Shown piece after piece: positions 21,110 to 32,671 of a stretch of 64,000 bases of DNA. The notes below the pieces were generated by a model. That model was given only the letters and a program-made list of their open reading frames with translations, was not told where the DNA came from and did no database searches. This DNA comes from an uncultured Candidatus Rokubacteria bacterium (GTDB lineage: Bacteria > Methylomirabilota > Methylomirabilia > Rokubacteriales > CSP1-6): contig CAVVEU010000033.1 in NCBI GenBank assembly GCA_963747235.1, positions 338,728 through 402,727 of the forward strand, in the 5' to 3' direction. Position 1 is the first letter of the stretch; every line of letters starts with the position of its first letter. Position numbers and translations under genes: made by a program.

Positions 21110-21889
21110 TCAGGCCGCCGATGCCGCCCAGTCGAAGGAGGCGCGCGCGTCATCGAGCAGCCAGTCATGGCGATCGGCCGTGATGAGCTCGAGCATCGAT
21201 TTGCCCCCGTAGGCTTCGGCGGGCCGGCGCGCCACGCCTGGCAGGACACCGGGCCTCAGCTTGCGGTTCAGGAGCTCACCCGTCGAGAGCACCGCGGTCA
21301 GCTTCGCGGCCCGCTCCGGGGGGACCCCGCGCATGAGCCACTGCCCGACCGCCTGCCGTGACACGCCGAAGAGACGCGCGAGCTCCGTACGATCGAGCCC
21401 GAAGAGGTCCATCACACGCTCGAGGGGAGAGGATTCCAGCTCCGGAGCCACCTCGTGCACGAGCGCGTTGCGCAGCAGTCTCAGGGCGGTCCGGAGCTCG
21501 TCCGGCTTCGCCCATGGGCTCCACTCGACGCGGGGCGATCGGAGCGGCTCGGAGCGGGACACGAACGCGCGGAGCTCTGCAACCAGCCGCAGCGCGAGAC
21601 CTCGGCGCAGACCCAGCTCGGACACCCACGGAGAGAAGGCGGCGGTCGGAGCCGACTCGAGCAGGATCTCGAGCGCATACCGCTTGAGCTCGATGACGCC
21701 CGCTCGCTCGATCAGCCTGGCGGCGAGCTCGCTCCAGATGCGGAGGAAGCGGCGCGCGTCACCCGAGGATCCCCTCCCAGCCGCGTGCAGGGACGACTCT
21801 AACTCATCGAGTTCTCTACCAAAGTCAACCTCGAGGTGGTCCGCGAGGTGGGTAACTTCACCCTCCGCTAGAATCCAGTGGTCTCCCAT
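21110..21889 (-). CDS. Xre/MbcA/ParS-like antitoxin with long N-terminal extension
   Basis: HTH GLDRTELARLFGVSRQAVGQW and C-terminal RRPAEAYGGKSMLELI; paired with RES gene. Confidence 0.7.
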   Translation of the reverse strand: MGDHWILAEGEVTHLADHLEVDFGRELDELESSLHAAGRGSSGDARRFLRIWSELAARLIERAGVIELKRYALEILLESAPTAAFSPWVSELGLRRGLALRLVAELRAFVSRSEPLRSPRVEWSPWAKPDELRTALRLLRNALVHEVAPELESSPLERVMDLFGLDRTELARLFGVSRQAVGQWLMRGVPPERAAKLTAVLSTGELLNRKLRPGVLPGVARRPAEAYGGKSMLELITADRHDWLLDDARASFDWAASAA

Positions 21890-21895
21890 GCCGAG

Positions 21896-21936
21896 AGTAT
21901 AGGCGCAAGCAATACGCAAGGCAAGTGAAGCGCAAG
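21896..21936 (-). promoter_or_regulatory. Sigma70-type promoter of the TA operon (TTGCCT-17bp-TATACT), probably leaderless, overlapped by four CTTGC repeats
   Basis: -35 at 21924-21919, -10 at 21901-21896, ATG 6 nt downstream; GCAAG at 21905, 21916, 21921, 21932 on the + strand. Confidence 0.6.
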
Positions 21937-21964
21937 GGCCTCCCCCTCACCCTGGAGGAAGAGC

Positions 21965-23025
21965 TCATCTGAAGCGGGGCATGACCTCGCGGGCGAAGAG
22001 CTCCATGGAGCGGCGGACCTTGTCCTCGGGCAGGCCGCCGAAGTTCATCCAGCACATGAGCTGGCCCACGCCGAGCTGGCGCATCTGCTCGATGTGGCGC
22101 GCCACCGTGTCCGGCGAGCCGAACGCGAGCGTCTCGGCCACGAGCCCCTCCCACGTGATCTTCGAGAGCCGGTCCGCCATGGCGCGGAAGCCCGGCTGCA
22201 GCGCGGGATGGCTGTCCTCGATCCGGTCCGGGATGAGGAACTTCCGGAAGGATTCCTGGTACCACATCTCGGCGTCCTTGGCTTCGGCCAGCGCCTGCGC
22301 GTCGGTGGGCGCCACGTAGAACTGGCGCGAGACGCCCCAGCGGTCGAGCAGGGCCGCGATGTCGGCGGGGCTGCGCCCGGCCTTCTGCAGCGTCGCCACG
22401 TAGCGGTCGCGGCTGGCCACGAGCTGGTCGAGCCCGCCGAAGAGGAGCGAGTTGAGCATGGGCCAGCCGCGGAGCGCGGTGCCCTCGATGGAGTCCGGCG
22501 ACACGCACACCTGGTAGACCGGCGGGTGCGGCTGCTGCACGGGCTTCGGGATCACGCGCACGTTGTCGAGCTGGAAGAAGCGGCCGTCGTAGCTGAAGCG
22601 CTCCTCGGTCCAGGCGCGCACCATGATCTGCGCGATCTCGTCGAAGCGCTCGCGGCTCTCCACCTGCGGGATGCGATAGCCGCGGAACTCCGACGGCCGG
22701 TTGCCCCGCCCGATCCCGACGTCGAGCCGCCCCTTCGAGATGATGTCCACCAGCGCCATCTGCTCGGCGAGGCGGATCGGATCGTGGAAGGGCAGGATGG
22801 CGGCGGCCAGGCCGATGCGAATCCGGGAGGTCCGCGAGGCCACCGCGCAGGCCAGCGTGGCGGGATCCACCGAGAGACCGTAGTCGATGAAGTGGTGCTC
22901 GGTGAGCCAGACCTCGTCGAAGCCCAGCTCTTCCGACCACGCCATCTGGTCGAGCTCGCGCGCGATGATGTCGGCGTGCCGGTGGCCCGGCGGCGCCTGC
23001 AGGAAGAAGTAGGTCCCGAAGCGCA

Positions 23026-23026
<1 letters not shown>
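21965..23026 (-). CDS. LLM class flavin-dependent oxidoreductase
   Basis: MRFG, VWLTEHHF, TSRIRIG, SKGRLDVGIGRG, PKPVQQPHPP, SMELFAREVMP. Confidence 0.9.
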
Positions 23027-23710
<684 letters not shown>

Positions 23711-23721
<11 letters not shown>

Positions 23722-24455
23722 GGTAGATCTCCTTCACCTGCGGGTCGGCCTTCACCTGCTCGCGCGGGCCGTCGGCGATGACGCGGCCGTAGTGCAGCAC
23801 GGTGACCATGTCGGACAGCTCGAGCGCGATGTCCATGTCGTGCTCGATCATCAGCACGGTGATCTCGGGATCGAGCCGGCGCAGCAGCCCGGCCATCAGC
23901 CGCGACTCCGCGGGCGAGAGGCCGGCGGTGGGCTCGTCCAGCAGCAGCACGCGCGGCTGGCCGGCCAGGGCCAGCGCGATCTCGAGCTGCCGCTGCTCGC
24001 CGTGGGAGAGATTGCGCACGACCGCGTCGCCGAGCTTCTCCAGCTCGAGCCGCTGGAGCGCCGCCCGCGCGCGCTCGAGCAGGGCCGGGTAGCGCCCCAC
24101 CGGGCGGAGCATCGAGAAGCGCACCGGCAGGTGGGCCTGCACCGCGAGCAGGCAGTTCTCCAGCACGCTCAGATCGGGGAAGAGGTTGGTGATCTGGAAC
24201 GTGCGCGCCAGCCCGAGCGCCGCGCGCCGGTGCGCGGGGGCGTGCGTCACGTCGCGCCCGAAGAGCGCGATGCGGCCGGAGCTGAGCGGCATCGCGCCCG
24301 CGATGAGGTTGAAGAGCGTGGTCTTCCCCGCCCCGTTGGGGCCGATCAGCGCGCGGCGCTCGCCCGGGCGGACGGTCAGCGTCACGCCGTCCACGGCCTG
24401 GAGGCCGCCGAACGGCGCGGCAGACCGCGTCGAGGTGCAGCGCGAGGTTGGTCAT
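23711..24455 (-). CDS. livG: Liv-type ABC ATP-binding protein (LivG-like), frameshift near the 5' end
   Basis: GPNGAGKTT, ARTFQITNLF, LSHGEQRQLEI. Confidence 0.85.
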
Positions 24456-25393
24456 CGGCCGCCGGCGCTGCCGGAGCGCGCCGACGATGCCGGACGGGGC
24501 GAAGCAGGATCACGCCGATGTAGACGCCGCCCAGGATGAGCAGCCAGCGCTTGGTGTAGACGCTGACGAAGTTCTTGAGGAACACGATGACGCCGGCGCC
24601 CAGCGCGGGGCCGATCAGGGTGCCGGAGCCGCCGAGGGCCACCATCAGCAGCGTCTCCACCGAGGTGACGAGCTGGACGTCATTGGGGCTGACGAAGCCG
24701 TTGTAGTAGGCCCAGAGCGTGCCCGAGAAGCCGCCGAAGACGCCCGAGAGCACGAAGGCGGTGTACTTGTGCAGCCACACGTTGTAGCCGAGGGCCTGCA
24801 TGCGGCCCTCGCTGCCGCGGATGCCGCGCAGCCCGAGGCCGAACGGCGAGATCACGAGCAGGCCCATCAGCACCCACGCCAGCGCGGCGCACGACCAGGC
24901 AGAAGTAGTAGAAGGGCACCGGCGCGCTCAGCTCGAGGCCGAGCAGGCTCGGGCGCGGGATGCCCGCGATGCCGTTGTCGCCCTTGGTGAGCGACACCCA
25001 GCGATAGGCGAGCCCCCAGATCACCATGCCGAGCGCCAGCGTGATCATCAGGAAGTAGGTGCCGGTGGCGCGGATGGCGAGCAGGCCGAAGACGGCCGCG
25101 GTCAGGGTGGCCAGCGGCCACGCCGGCCGCGAGGCAGGCGAGCAGGCCCATCTGGTGCTCGGTGGTCATGATGGCGACCACGTAGGCGCCGACGCCGAAG
25201 TAGGCGGCGTGGCCGAGCGAGGAGAGGCCGGTGTAGCCCAGCAGCACGTCGAGGCTCATGGCCAGGATGGCGACGATCAGCGCCTGGGTGAGCACGGTGA
25301 GCGGGTAGGCCGACAGCCAGGGGCCGATCAGCGCGAGGGCCGCGATCACCACCGCGGCGAAGAGCGCGCGGCGCCCGATCATGCGCGGCTCAT
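24452..25393 (-). CDS. livM: Liv-type ABC permease (LivM-like), frameshifted
   Basis: LLGYTGLSSLGHAAYFG, MITLA, SPFG..LRGIR, ALGGSGTLIGP across frames. Confidence 0.82.
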
Positions 25394-26252
25394 ACGCGGC
25401 CGAAGAGCCCCGTCGGCCGGATGCGCCAGGATGATCGCCATCGGCGCGAAGAGCGTGAAGTAGGACAGCTCGGGGAAGAGCGCCTTGCCGAAGTTGTCGA
25501 GCAGGCCCACCAGCAGGCTCCCCGCCACCGCGCCGGGCAGGCTGCCGAGCCCGCCCACGATGACCACCACGAAGGCGTAGGGCAGCACCTCGAAGTCCGC
25601 GCCCGGGTACACGCCGAGGAAGCCGCCGCCGATCACGCCGCCCAGCGCGGCCAGCCCGGCGCCCAGCGCGAAGACGCGCGAGCGACACGCGCGGCACGTT
25701 GATGCCCACGCCCTGGGCCATCTCGGCGTCGTCCACCGCGGCGCGGATCATCGCGCCCACGCGGGTGCGGTCCATCGCGAGCCACAGCGCCAGGCCCACC
25801 ACCACCGCCACGCCCACGATGAAGATGCGGAAGATCGGGAACACCGCGCCGCCCATGCGCACGGTCCCGGTCAGCATCTTCGGGATCGGCACCGTGTACG
25901 GGTCGCCGCCCCAGATCAGCAGGGCCAGGTCCTGGAAGATCAGCGCGAAGCCGATGGTCATCAGCACCTGGCCGAGCACCTCGCCGCGCAGCCGGCGCAG
26001 GAAGAAGCGCTCCATGCCCATGCCGACCAGCGCGATGGCCACCGCCCCCGCGAGGCACGCCAGCGCGAAGCTCTTCGTGTACAGCGCCACCGAGAGCCCG
26101 ACGTAGCCGCCCAGCATGAAGTAGGAGCCGTGCGCGAGGTTGACGATGCGCATGACGCCGAAGATGAGCGACAGCCCGCTGGCCAGCAGGAAGAGGAGCG
26201 CGCCGTAGGAGAGCCCGTTGAACGACTGCGCGATCCAGAACTCGGCGCTCAC
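25390..26252 (-). CDS. livH: Liv-type ABC permease (LivH-like), frameshifted
   Basis: GLSLIFGVMRIVNLAHG, GAMIRAA, VIVGGLGSL. Confidence 0.85.
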
Positions 26253-26268
26253 GCCCCGAGCCCCGTCT

Positions 26269-27274
26269 CTACCGGAGGCGCAGCAGTCGGGCGGCGTTCT
26301 CGCGAATCACCTTGGCCTGGTCGGCCCGCGAGAGCTTGACGCCCTTGTCCCGGATGATGTCGAGGGGCCGCTCGTAGCCCATGTCGAAGCAGAAATCGGT
26401 GCCGAGCATCACCCGGTCCGCGCCCACCGTGTCGATGAGATACCGCAGCGCGCCCGCATCGTGGCTGATCGTGTCGTAGGTGAAGCGGCGCAGGTAGGCG
26501 CGCACCGGCTTCTTCGCCGCCTTGTTCGCCTCCGGCCGGACCTTCTGGCCGCGCTGCAGCCGCCCCCACACCAGCGGGAACGTGCCGCCCGCGTGCGGCA
26601 GGATCACCTGCAGCTTCGGCAGCCGATCCAGCACGCCGCCGAAGATGAGGTGCGCCGCCGCGATGCCGGTGTCGTACGGGTTGCCGAGCAGGTTGGTCAG
26701 GTAGTAGGGCCGCAGGCGCTCCGCCCCGTTGACGTTGAACGGATGCAGCCCCACCGGCAGCCCCAGCGCCTGGCAGCGCTCGAACACCGGGAAGAACGCG
26801 GGGTCGGAGAGGTTGCGGCCCTCGATGTTGGTGCCCATGTAGACGGCGCGCACGCCGGGCAGCCGCGCGGCCCGGTCCAGCTCGGCCAGGGCCAGCGTCG
26901 TGTCCTGCATCGGCAGCGTGGCGCAGACCACGAAGCGGTCGGGATAGGCGGTGTGCGCCGCGCTGGCGCCGTCGTTCCACTCGCGCGCCAGCCGCCGGCC
27001 GAGCTCGCCCTGCGCCCAGTAGACCATCGGCGCGGTGAGCGAGAGCGCCTGCACGGCCACGCCCTGCCGGTTCATGGAGGCCACGCGCTTGGGCAGATCG
27101 TAGTAGCGCGCCTCGAGCGGCGGGGTGCGCGAGCCCTTCACGTCGATGGCGGGCCCGGCCGGGCTCGAGCGGTCGATGCGGCCGCCGGAGGGGGCGCCGC
27201 CGTCCTCGATGGCGCGCGAGGAAGCGCTCGGGGAAGAAATGCGCGTGGACGTCGATGCCCAGGGGCGCTGCCAC
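26269..27274 (-). CDS. Amidohydrolase_2 family protein (ACMSD-like decarboxylase), frameshift near the 5' end
   Basis: IDVHAH, LPVGLHP, HAGG, YDT, DRVMLGTDF. Confidence 0.85.
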
Positions 27275-27287
27275 GGGCGGGATTCTA

Positions 27288-28547
27288 CTATAGAAGATGG
27301 GGCCTTGTGGGCGGCGAATCCGGACGCGCCGCAAGCCAGGCCGCGACGCTGGACCCCGCGACCGCGACAGCCGCGGCCAGGAAGGCCAACCCGTAACTGC
27401 CGGTGACGTCGAAGAGCCAGCCCCCGAGAAAGGGGCCGATCGCACCGCCGAGCCCGCCCCCGGCCTGGACCACGCCCAGGATCGTCCCCAGATGCGGCCC
27501 GGAGAAGACGGCGGCCGGGATCGTCGACAGCAGCGCGATGCGCATCCCGAAGCCGAAGCCGGCCGCCGTGTAGAGCAGGAGCAGCGGCAAATCCTGGGGC
27601 CCGCGCATCAGGGCGAAGCAGCCGATCCCGGCGATCGCCACGACCGAGCCGAGCACGAACACCCAGCCGCTGCCGACCAGGTCCGAGAGCCACCCGCCGA
27701 GCACATTGCCCGCCACCATGCTCAGGCCGCCGAAGGAGAAGAGCCACACCACCGTCGCGGGCTCGAACCCCCGATCCACCGCGTGGGCCACCTGGTGGGT
27801 CGCCATGATCTGGAAGCCGATCACGCCGAGCGCCATCATGATGAACGCGGCCCAGAGCCGGCTGCTTCGCAGGGCTCGGCGCAGGGTCCACGTCTCACCG
27901 GGCGCGCTCGACGACTCGGCGAATCGAGGGGCCGCGGCAGCCGCGGGTCCGCTCGGCGACGCGGACGGATCGCGGTAGAGCAGCGCGAGCGCCACGGTCG
28001 TCGCGGCGACAATGCACCCGAAGGCGACCAGAGCGCCCCGCCAGCCCAGCGTGACGATGAGCCAGGCGTTGAGCGGGTAGAAGACGACGGCGCTGGCCGG
28101 CCCGCCGGTGCTCAGCACGCCCATCGCGGTCCCGCGGGCACCCACGAACCAGCGCGTCACGATGGTCGTGGCCGGGATGATGATGCCGGCGATGCCCGCG
28201 GCGCCGAGGAGACCGAAGCAGAGGTAGTACTGCGGCAGCGAGGTCACCTGCCCCGTGCCCGCCAGCGCCAGCCCGAGCACCAGGCCGCCGATCGTCACGG
28301 CCGTCCGCGCGCCCCAGCGGTCGTACAGCCAGCCGGCCACCGGCGCCCAGACGACGAAGCCGAGCCAGCTCAGCGAGTACCCGAGCGCGGTCGGCCCCCG
28401 GCCCCACGCGAACTCCTCGAGCATCGCGACGTAGAACAGCGCGAACGTGGCGCGCGGGCCCCACGCCAGCGCGTTGACGGCGGTGGAGACGCCGACCACC
28501 ACCCATCCGTACGAGGCGGGTTTTTCGGTCACGCGACCGCGCGGCAC
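27288..28547 (-). CDS. MFS transporter
   Basis: GWLYDRWGAR motif A, RWF..RGTAMG, GGWLFDVTGSY; about 12 hydrophobic segments. Confidence 0.9.
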   Translation of the reverse strand: MPRGRVTEKPASYGWVVVGVSTAVNALAWGPRATFALFYVAMLEEFAWGRGPTALGYSLSWLGFVVWAPVAGWLYDRWGARTAVTIGGLVLGLALAGTGQVTSLPQYYLCFGLLGAAGIAGIIIPATTIVTRWFVGARGTAMGVLSTGGPASAVVFYPLNAWLIVTLGWRGALVAFGCIVAATTVALALLYRDPSASPSGPAAAAAPRFAESSSAPGETWTLRRALRSSRLWAAFIMMALGVIGFQIMATHQVAHAVDRGFEPATVVWLFSFGGLSMVAGNVLGGWLSDLVGSGWVFVLGSVVAIAGIGCFALMRGPQDLPLLLLYTAAGFGFGMRIALLSTIPAAVFSGPHLGTILGVVQAGGGLGGAIGPFLGGWLFDVTGSYGLAFLAAAVAVAGSSVAAWLAARPDSPPTRPHLL

Positions 28548-28649
28548 TCTACTCGAGTGGACACAACATTATTATGTCCACTCCGCAGCATCGATGTTTC
28601 ACGGACCGACGAAGTGAATAGGACGACAGCCCGCGGACCCGCCCGTCGC

Positions 28650-29912
28650 CTAGTCGGTCGTGCGGTACTGACTCGGCGGCACCAGGCGGTACTTGGCGGG
28701 TCCGCCTTCACCACCAAGTCGGCGTAGTCGCGGTCGAAGTTGCCGCGTTTGCCGGACGGGATGTGCTCGAGCACCTCGACGCCGCGGATGTAGTAGCTGA
28801 AGCCCTTGTTGGCGCGGTCGTAGGCCTCGCTCTGCCCGCGCGCGGCCGAGCGAAGGATCTCGCCGGTCTGGCGCATCTTGTTGGCGGCGTCCTGCATGCG
28901 GTCGCGCAGCATCTGCTGGTTGAGCGACCACGAGCGCCACACGTTCAGCATCAGCGCGAAGTCGCGCTGGAAGACGCCGTCGGGCGCGGCCACCGTGGAG
29001 TAGTAGTAGGCCCAGGAGTTGTTGTCGATAGGCGCGGTGTTGACCAGCCCGAAGTGGTAGTACGGCCGGCCGGCGATGCGCGAGCGGGCCAGGATATAGG
29101 CGGCCTGGCCCGCGCCGGTGGGCGGCGGCGTGTTGACAGCGCTCCAGCACCTCGACGTTGGTCGTTCCCTGCCCGCCGCGGGCCGCCGTCTGCTGCGAGA
29201 TCGCCTGGCTCACCACCGGCACGGCCGCGGCCGGGTCGGCGATGAAGGGCAGATAGATCGCGCCGGCGACCGGGCCCACGAAGGTGGGCCGCACGATGAT
29301 CGGGAGGTAGATGCCCACGTCCACGAGCTGGCCCTGCGGGCCCGCCACGTCCACCGCGCCGTTGGCGTAGCCGCTGATGCGCCAGCCCGGCGGCACGCCG
29401 ATGGCCGCCTTGCCGTCGGGCGTGGTCTGCTGCTGGAGCGCCACCGGCCGCTGGGCCGGCCCGCCGCCGGGCACCTGGATGCCGCCGAGCTGGCGGGCCA
29501 TGGCCGGGAACGAGCGGACGATGTCCGCGGGCCGGTCGAAGAGGATCGCGACGCCGCCCCCGCCGCCGTCGTTGAGCTGCACGATCACGGCACCGCGCAC
29601 CGGGGTGCCCTGCAGGCGCGCGTCGAAGAAGGCCATGATGCCGCGGTCGGCGGGATCGCCGACGGCGCTCGAGACCGCCGGCGCGCCGTCGAAGTAGCCG
29701 CGCAGGGCGCCCAGCATGCCGCCCAGGACCGCGGCGGCGGAGCGGGCGTTGCCGCTGAAGGTGCCGGCGAGGGTCCGGCCGCCGGTGGGGCCGTTGACGG
29801 AGGCGAAGCCCGAGGGCGGCGGCCGCTCCGGCAGGGACGCCGCGCGCACGATGGCCGCGGGGAGGACGAGGCCTATCGCGAGCACGGCGATGAGGAGAGG
29901 TTTGCTGGTCAC
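28650..29912 (-). CDS. Secreted hypothetical protein (compensating frameshifts near 29140 and 28700)
   Basis: Signal peptide, host-like codon bias across joined frames; PDG..IGVPPGW segment and helical C-terminus. Confidence 0.65.
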   Translation of the reverse strand: MTSKPLLIAVLAIGLVLPAAIVRAASLPERPPPSGFASVNGPTGGRTLAGTFSGNARSAAAVLGGMLGALRGYFDGAPAVSSAVGDPADRGIMAFFDARLQGTPVRGAVIVQLNDGGGGGVAILFDRPADIVRSFPAMARQLGGIQVPGGGPAQRPVALQQQTTPDGKAAIGVPPGWRISGYANGAVDVAGPQGQLVDVGIYLPIIVRPTFVGPVAGAIYLPFIADPAAAVPVVSQAISQQTAARGGQGTTNVEVLERCQHAAAHRRGPGRLYPGPLAHRRPAVLPLRAGQHRAYRQQLLGLLLLHGGRARRRLPARLRADAERVALVVAQPADAARPHAGRRQQDAPDRRDPSLGRARAERGLRPRQQGLQLLHPRRRGARAHPVRQTRQLRPRLRRLGGEGGPAKYRLVPPSQYRTTD

Positions 29913-29962
29913 GCTCGATCCGGGAGCGCCATCCTAGGACGGCGCTCCCGGCGAGTCAACGC

Positions 29963-32072
29963 CTACTCCTCGGCGACGGTGACCGGGACCACCTCGACCT
30001 CGGCGTACTCCGTGTCGCAGGTCGGCGGACCGATTGGCTCGAGGCCTCCCTCATTGACGACCTGCCGGGTGTGCCGGGCAGACACATCGCGCACGAGGCG
30101 TCCCACCACCTGTCCGACCCGGTTGACATCCTCGGCGACGAATCCGGCCCGGGGGTCCACACACCCGGACACGGTGTCCGCCCCACACAGGACTGTGTCC
30201 CGCCCGTTGTCGTCCCGGATGAACGTGATGAGATTGACTCCGTAGATCACTTGCACGAAGTCCGCCAGCCCGTTGCCCAGCGGAGCCGTCTGCTGGAAGA
30301 ATCCATGCGGCTGATGAGTGAAGAGCGGCTGCTCCGTGCATGCCTCGATGCGCTCCGGCCACGCCGCCAGGATCAGCGGAATCGGGATGGTCACCTGTCG
30401 CTGCGCATCGAGGTCCGTCGTCTGGACGATCCGGCCGCCCTCGATGCTGCTCGAGAACGTGCTCGCTCCCGCCCAGTACATCGGAAAGAGATTGACGGCC
30501 GGGATGAACAGCACCGTCCGACCGGGCTTCCAGGCCAGCTGGACCCGCCCATCCTGATCGGTCACACCCGAGCTCAGCACCGCTCCGCTCTGCACGTCGA
30601 TCGCCTGGACGGCGGCCTCCCTGATGGGGCGTCCCGTCGCTCCGCTTGACCAGGCGGGCCACCATCATCGGCTCGATGAAGACCTGCCGTCCCACGACCG
30701 CGTCTCGCTCGCTCCCGAGGGCGCCGCGGAACACCAGCATGTACTTCCCGGGCTCCTTCGCAGGCGGGCTGCTCGGCGCCGACGAGCCTGGAGATCCTCG
30801 ACGAATGCCGACGGCGCAAGCGACTCTCGTCCACTGCGCTCCCGGCACGGGGCGCCGAGTGTCGCTGCCGTCGTCGTAGTACAAGGTGAACGTCCCGTCC
30901 ATGGCCTCGTCACTGCCGTTCCGGAGCCCGAACGACAGATCGTTCCCGGATGCGACTCATGAGCCCACGGAAGAAGTAGTCGAGGAGGGCCGTCGAGTAG
31001 GCGACTGCTCGGGGCACGAGCCGCTGGGCATAGTCACGATAGACGGCCTCATCGAGCGCGGGGCTCTCCCGGAATCGCGTCCAGTCGAGGTTGAACTGCT
31101 GCTGATAGTCGCGGAGCAGCCCGACGGTGGCCAGGCGATAGCCAGTGGCGCCGTCGGCCGTCTTGACGAAGTACCGGCGCTTGACGGTCGCTCCCCTGAA
31201 TGGTCACGTCGAAGTCCTGCTCCGTCACACTCGATCGATTCGGGTACGGAAACCGCTTCAGCGGGTCGACGTCGTTCTCGGTGAAGATCCGATCCTCGCT
31301 GAAGAAGTTCGCGTTCGTGTACTCGGCCAGGCCGATGAGCGCCCCCGTGGTGACCGCTGGGATTCCCGCCGACGTATCGGTCGGTGTCGATCAGCCGCGC
31401 GGTGGCCACCGGTGCCAGCGGGTTGCTGTCGAGCGCCTGCCAGCCAGGATCGGGCACGCCGGGCGTGTCGGGTGAACCGGCAAGCCACGCAGCGAAGGTA
31501 CTCTCGATCTTGTCCGTCGAACCTGATCGACCAGCGACTCGTAGTTGTAGAGGGCGTGCGGGTCGTTCCGCGTGTGCGCGGGTGACGCCGCATCCTGGAC
31601 CAGATGCACCTGCCGGCCCAGGCCCTCGAAGGTTCTCGTCAGCCTTGCCTCCCGGTCGGAGCGAGTCGGCCTGGTCAGCGCATCGAAGTACGCGTTGCGC
31701 ACGTCCTGCCAAGACCAACCCGATAGGCTCGTGTTCTGGCCCCAAAGAATGGACGACTGACCGACGCTTCCCAGCAGGCCCGCCGCCGACCAGTCTGCGA
31801 GTGGGTTGTGGAAGTGATTGAGGAACCGAAGAAAGTTGTCCTCACTTCGCCCGCCTTGACCGAGCCAAGTCGGTCAACACTTGACCACGAATGGCTGTGC
31901 CAAGGCCGCCGTCAACCCAAGTCGGACGCGGAGAATTTCATCCAACGAAGAACGCCCACCAGCGATTCGGGTAATCGCTTCGTGTGTCGCAATCTCGTAC
32001 CCGCTCGCAGCGGTGGTAGTGAGCAAGGGATACCCCAGGCCGAGCATTGCCAGACATCACATTTCGTTTCAT
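29963..32072 (-). CDS. Secreted tri-zinc phospholipase C / S1-P1 nuclease-fold protein with C-terminal beta-rich extension; multiple frameshifts
   Basis: Reconstructed: signal peptide, AASG-YEIATHEAIT, EDNFLRFLNHFHNP, LGRQVHLVQDAASPAHTRNDPH..YE, GLAEYTNANFFSED, LVPRAVAYSTALLDYFFRG; GGAG RBS. Confidence 0.7.
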
Positions 32073-32074
32073 AG

Positions 32075-32671
32075 CTACTCCGGTGGAGACAGTGGTTCAA
32101 GGCCAATCGCGACTCTTTCCGCGTTGAACCTGCGCACGAAGCTCAGGAAGATCCTTGAAGGGCGTGTCCGAGTAGCTGTGCGGATCGAAGAGGAAGAGAT
32201 GCTTCCGTCGCTCCTCCCTCCCTCCGAGGCGTGGCAACTCGACGATCGCTCCCGGCCGTTCGAAGATGCCGCCGATGAATCCTGTTGGCGACACGTGGCC
32301 TCTCGGAAACGATCCATACCCGGGCTGAAAAATCAGGAACTCCGGATGGTATGTCCGGCCGGGAGCTCCCTCCTCCACGTCCTTGGCGTCCAGGACGAAC
32401 CGTCCTTCCGAATCGGTGACCGTCTCCCGAACGGCGTAGTGCTCGGACACCGAGTGAAACGGATACACGCGGTTCCGTCGCCAGAGCGCCACGACCACGG
32501 CACCGGCCAGCGGAGCCTTGGTCGCCGCGTCGATCACCTGCCCCCGGTACGGCCCGCGCGGGCGACCCAGGTACCGGTCCCTCAGCTCGGTTTCCTGCGA
32601 CCAGGCCGCCATCGGGCCACAGCCGTGACAAGCACGCAGCACAGCGCAACCACCCGAACCCAGGCCCTCAT
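32075..32671 (-). CDS. Secreted carboxypeptidase-regulatory-like domain protein (paralog 2), frameshifted
   Basis: GPYRGQVIDAATKAPLAGAVVVALW...ETVTDSEGRF...IFQPGY. Confidence 0.7.
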
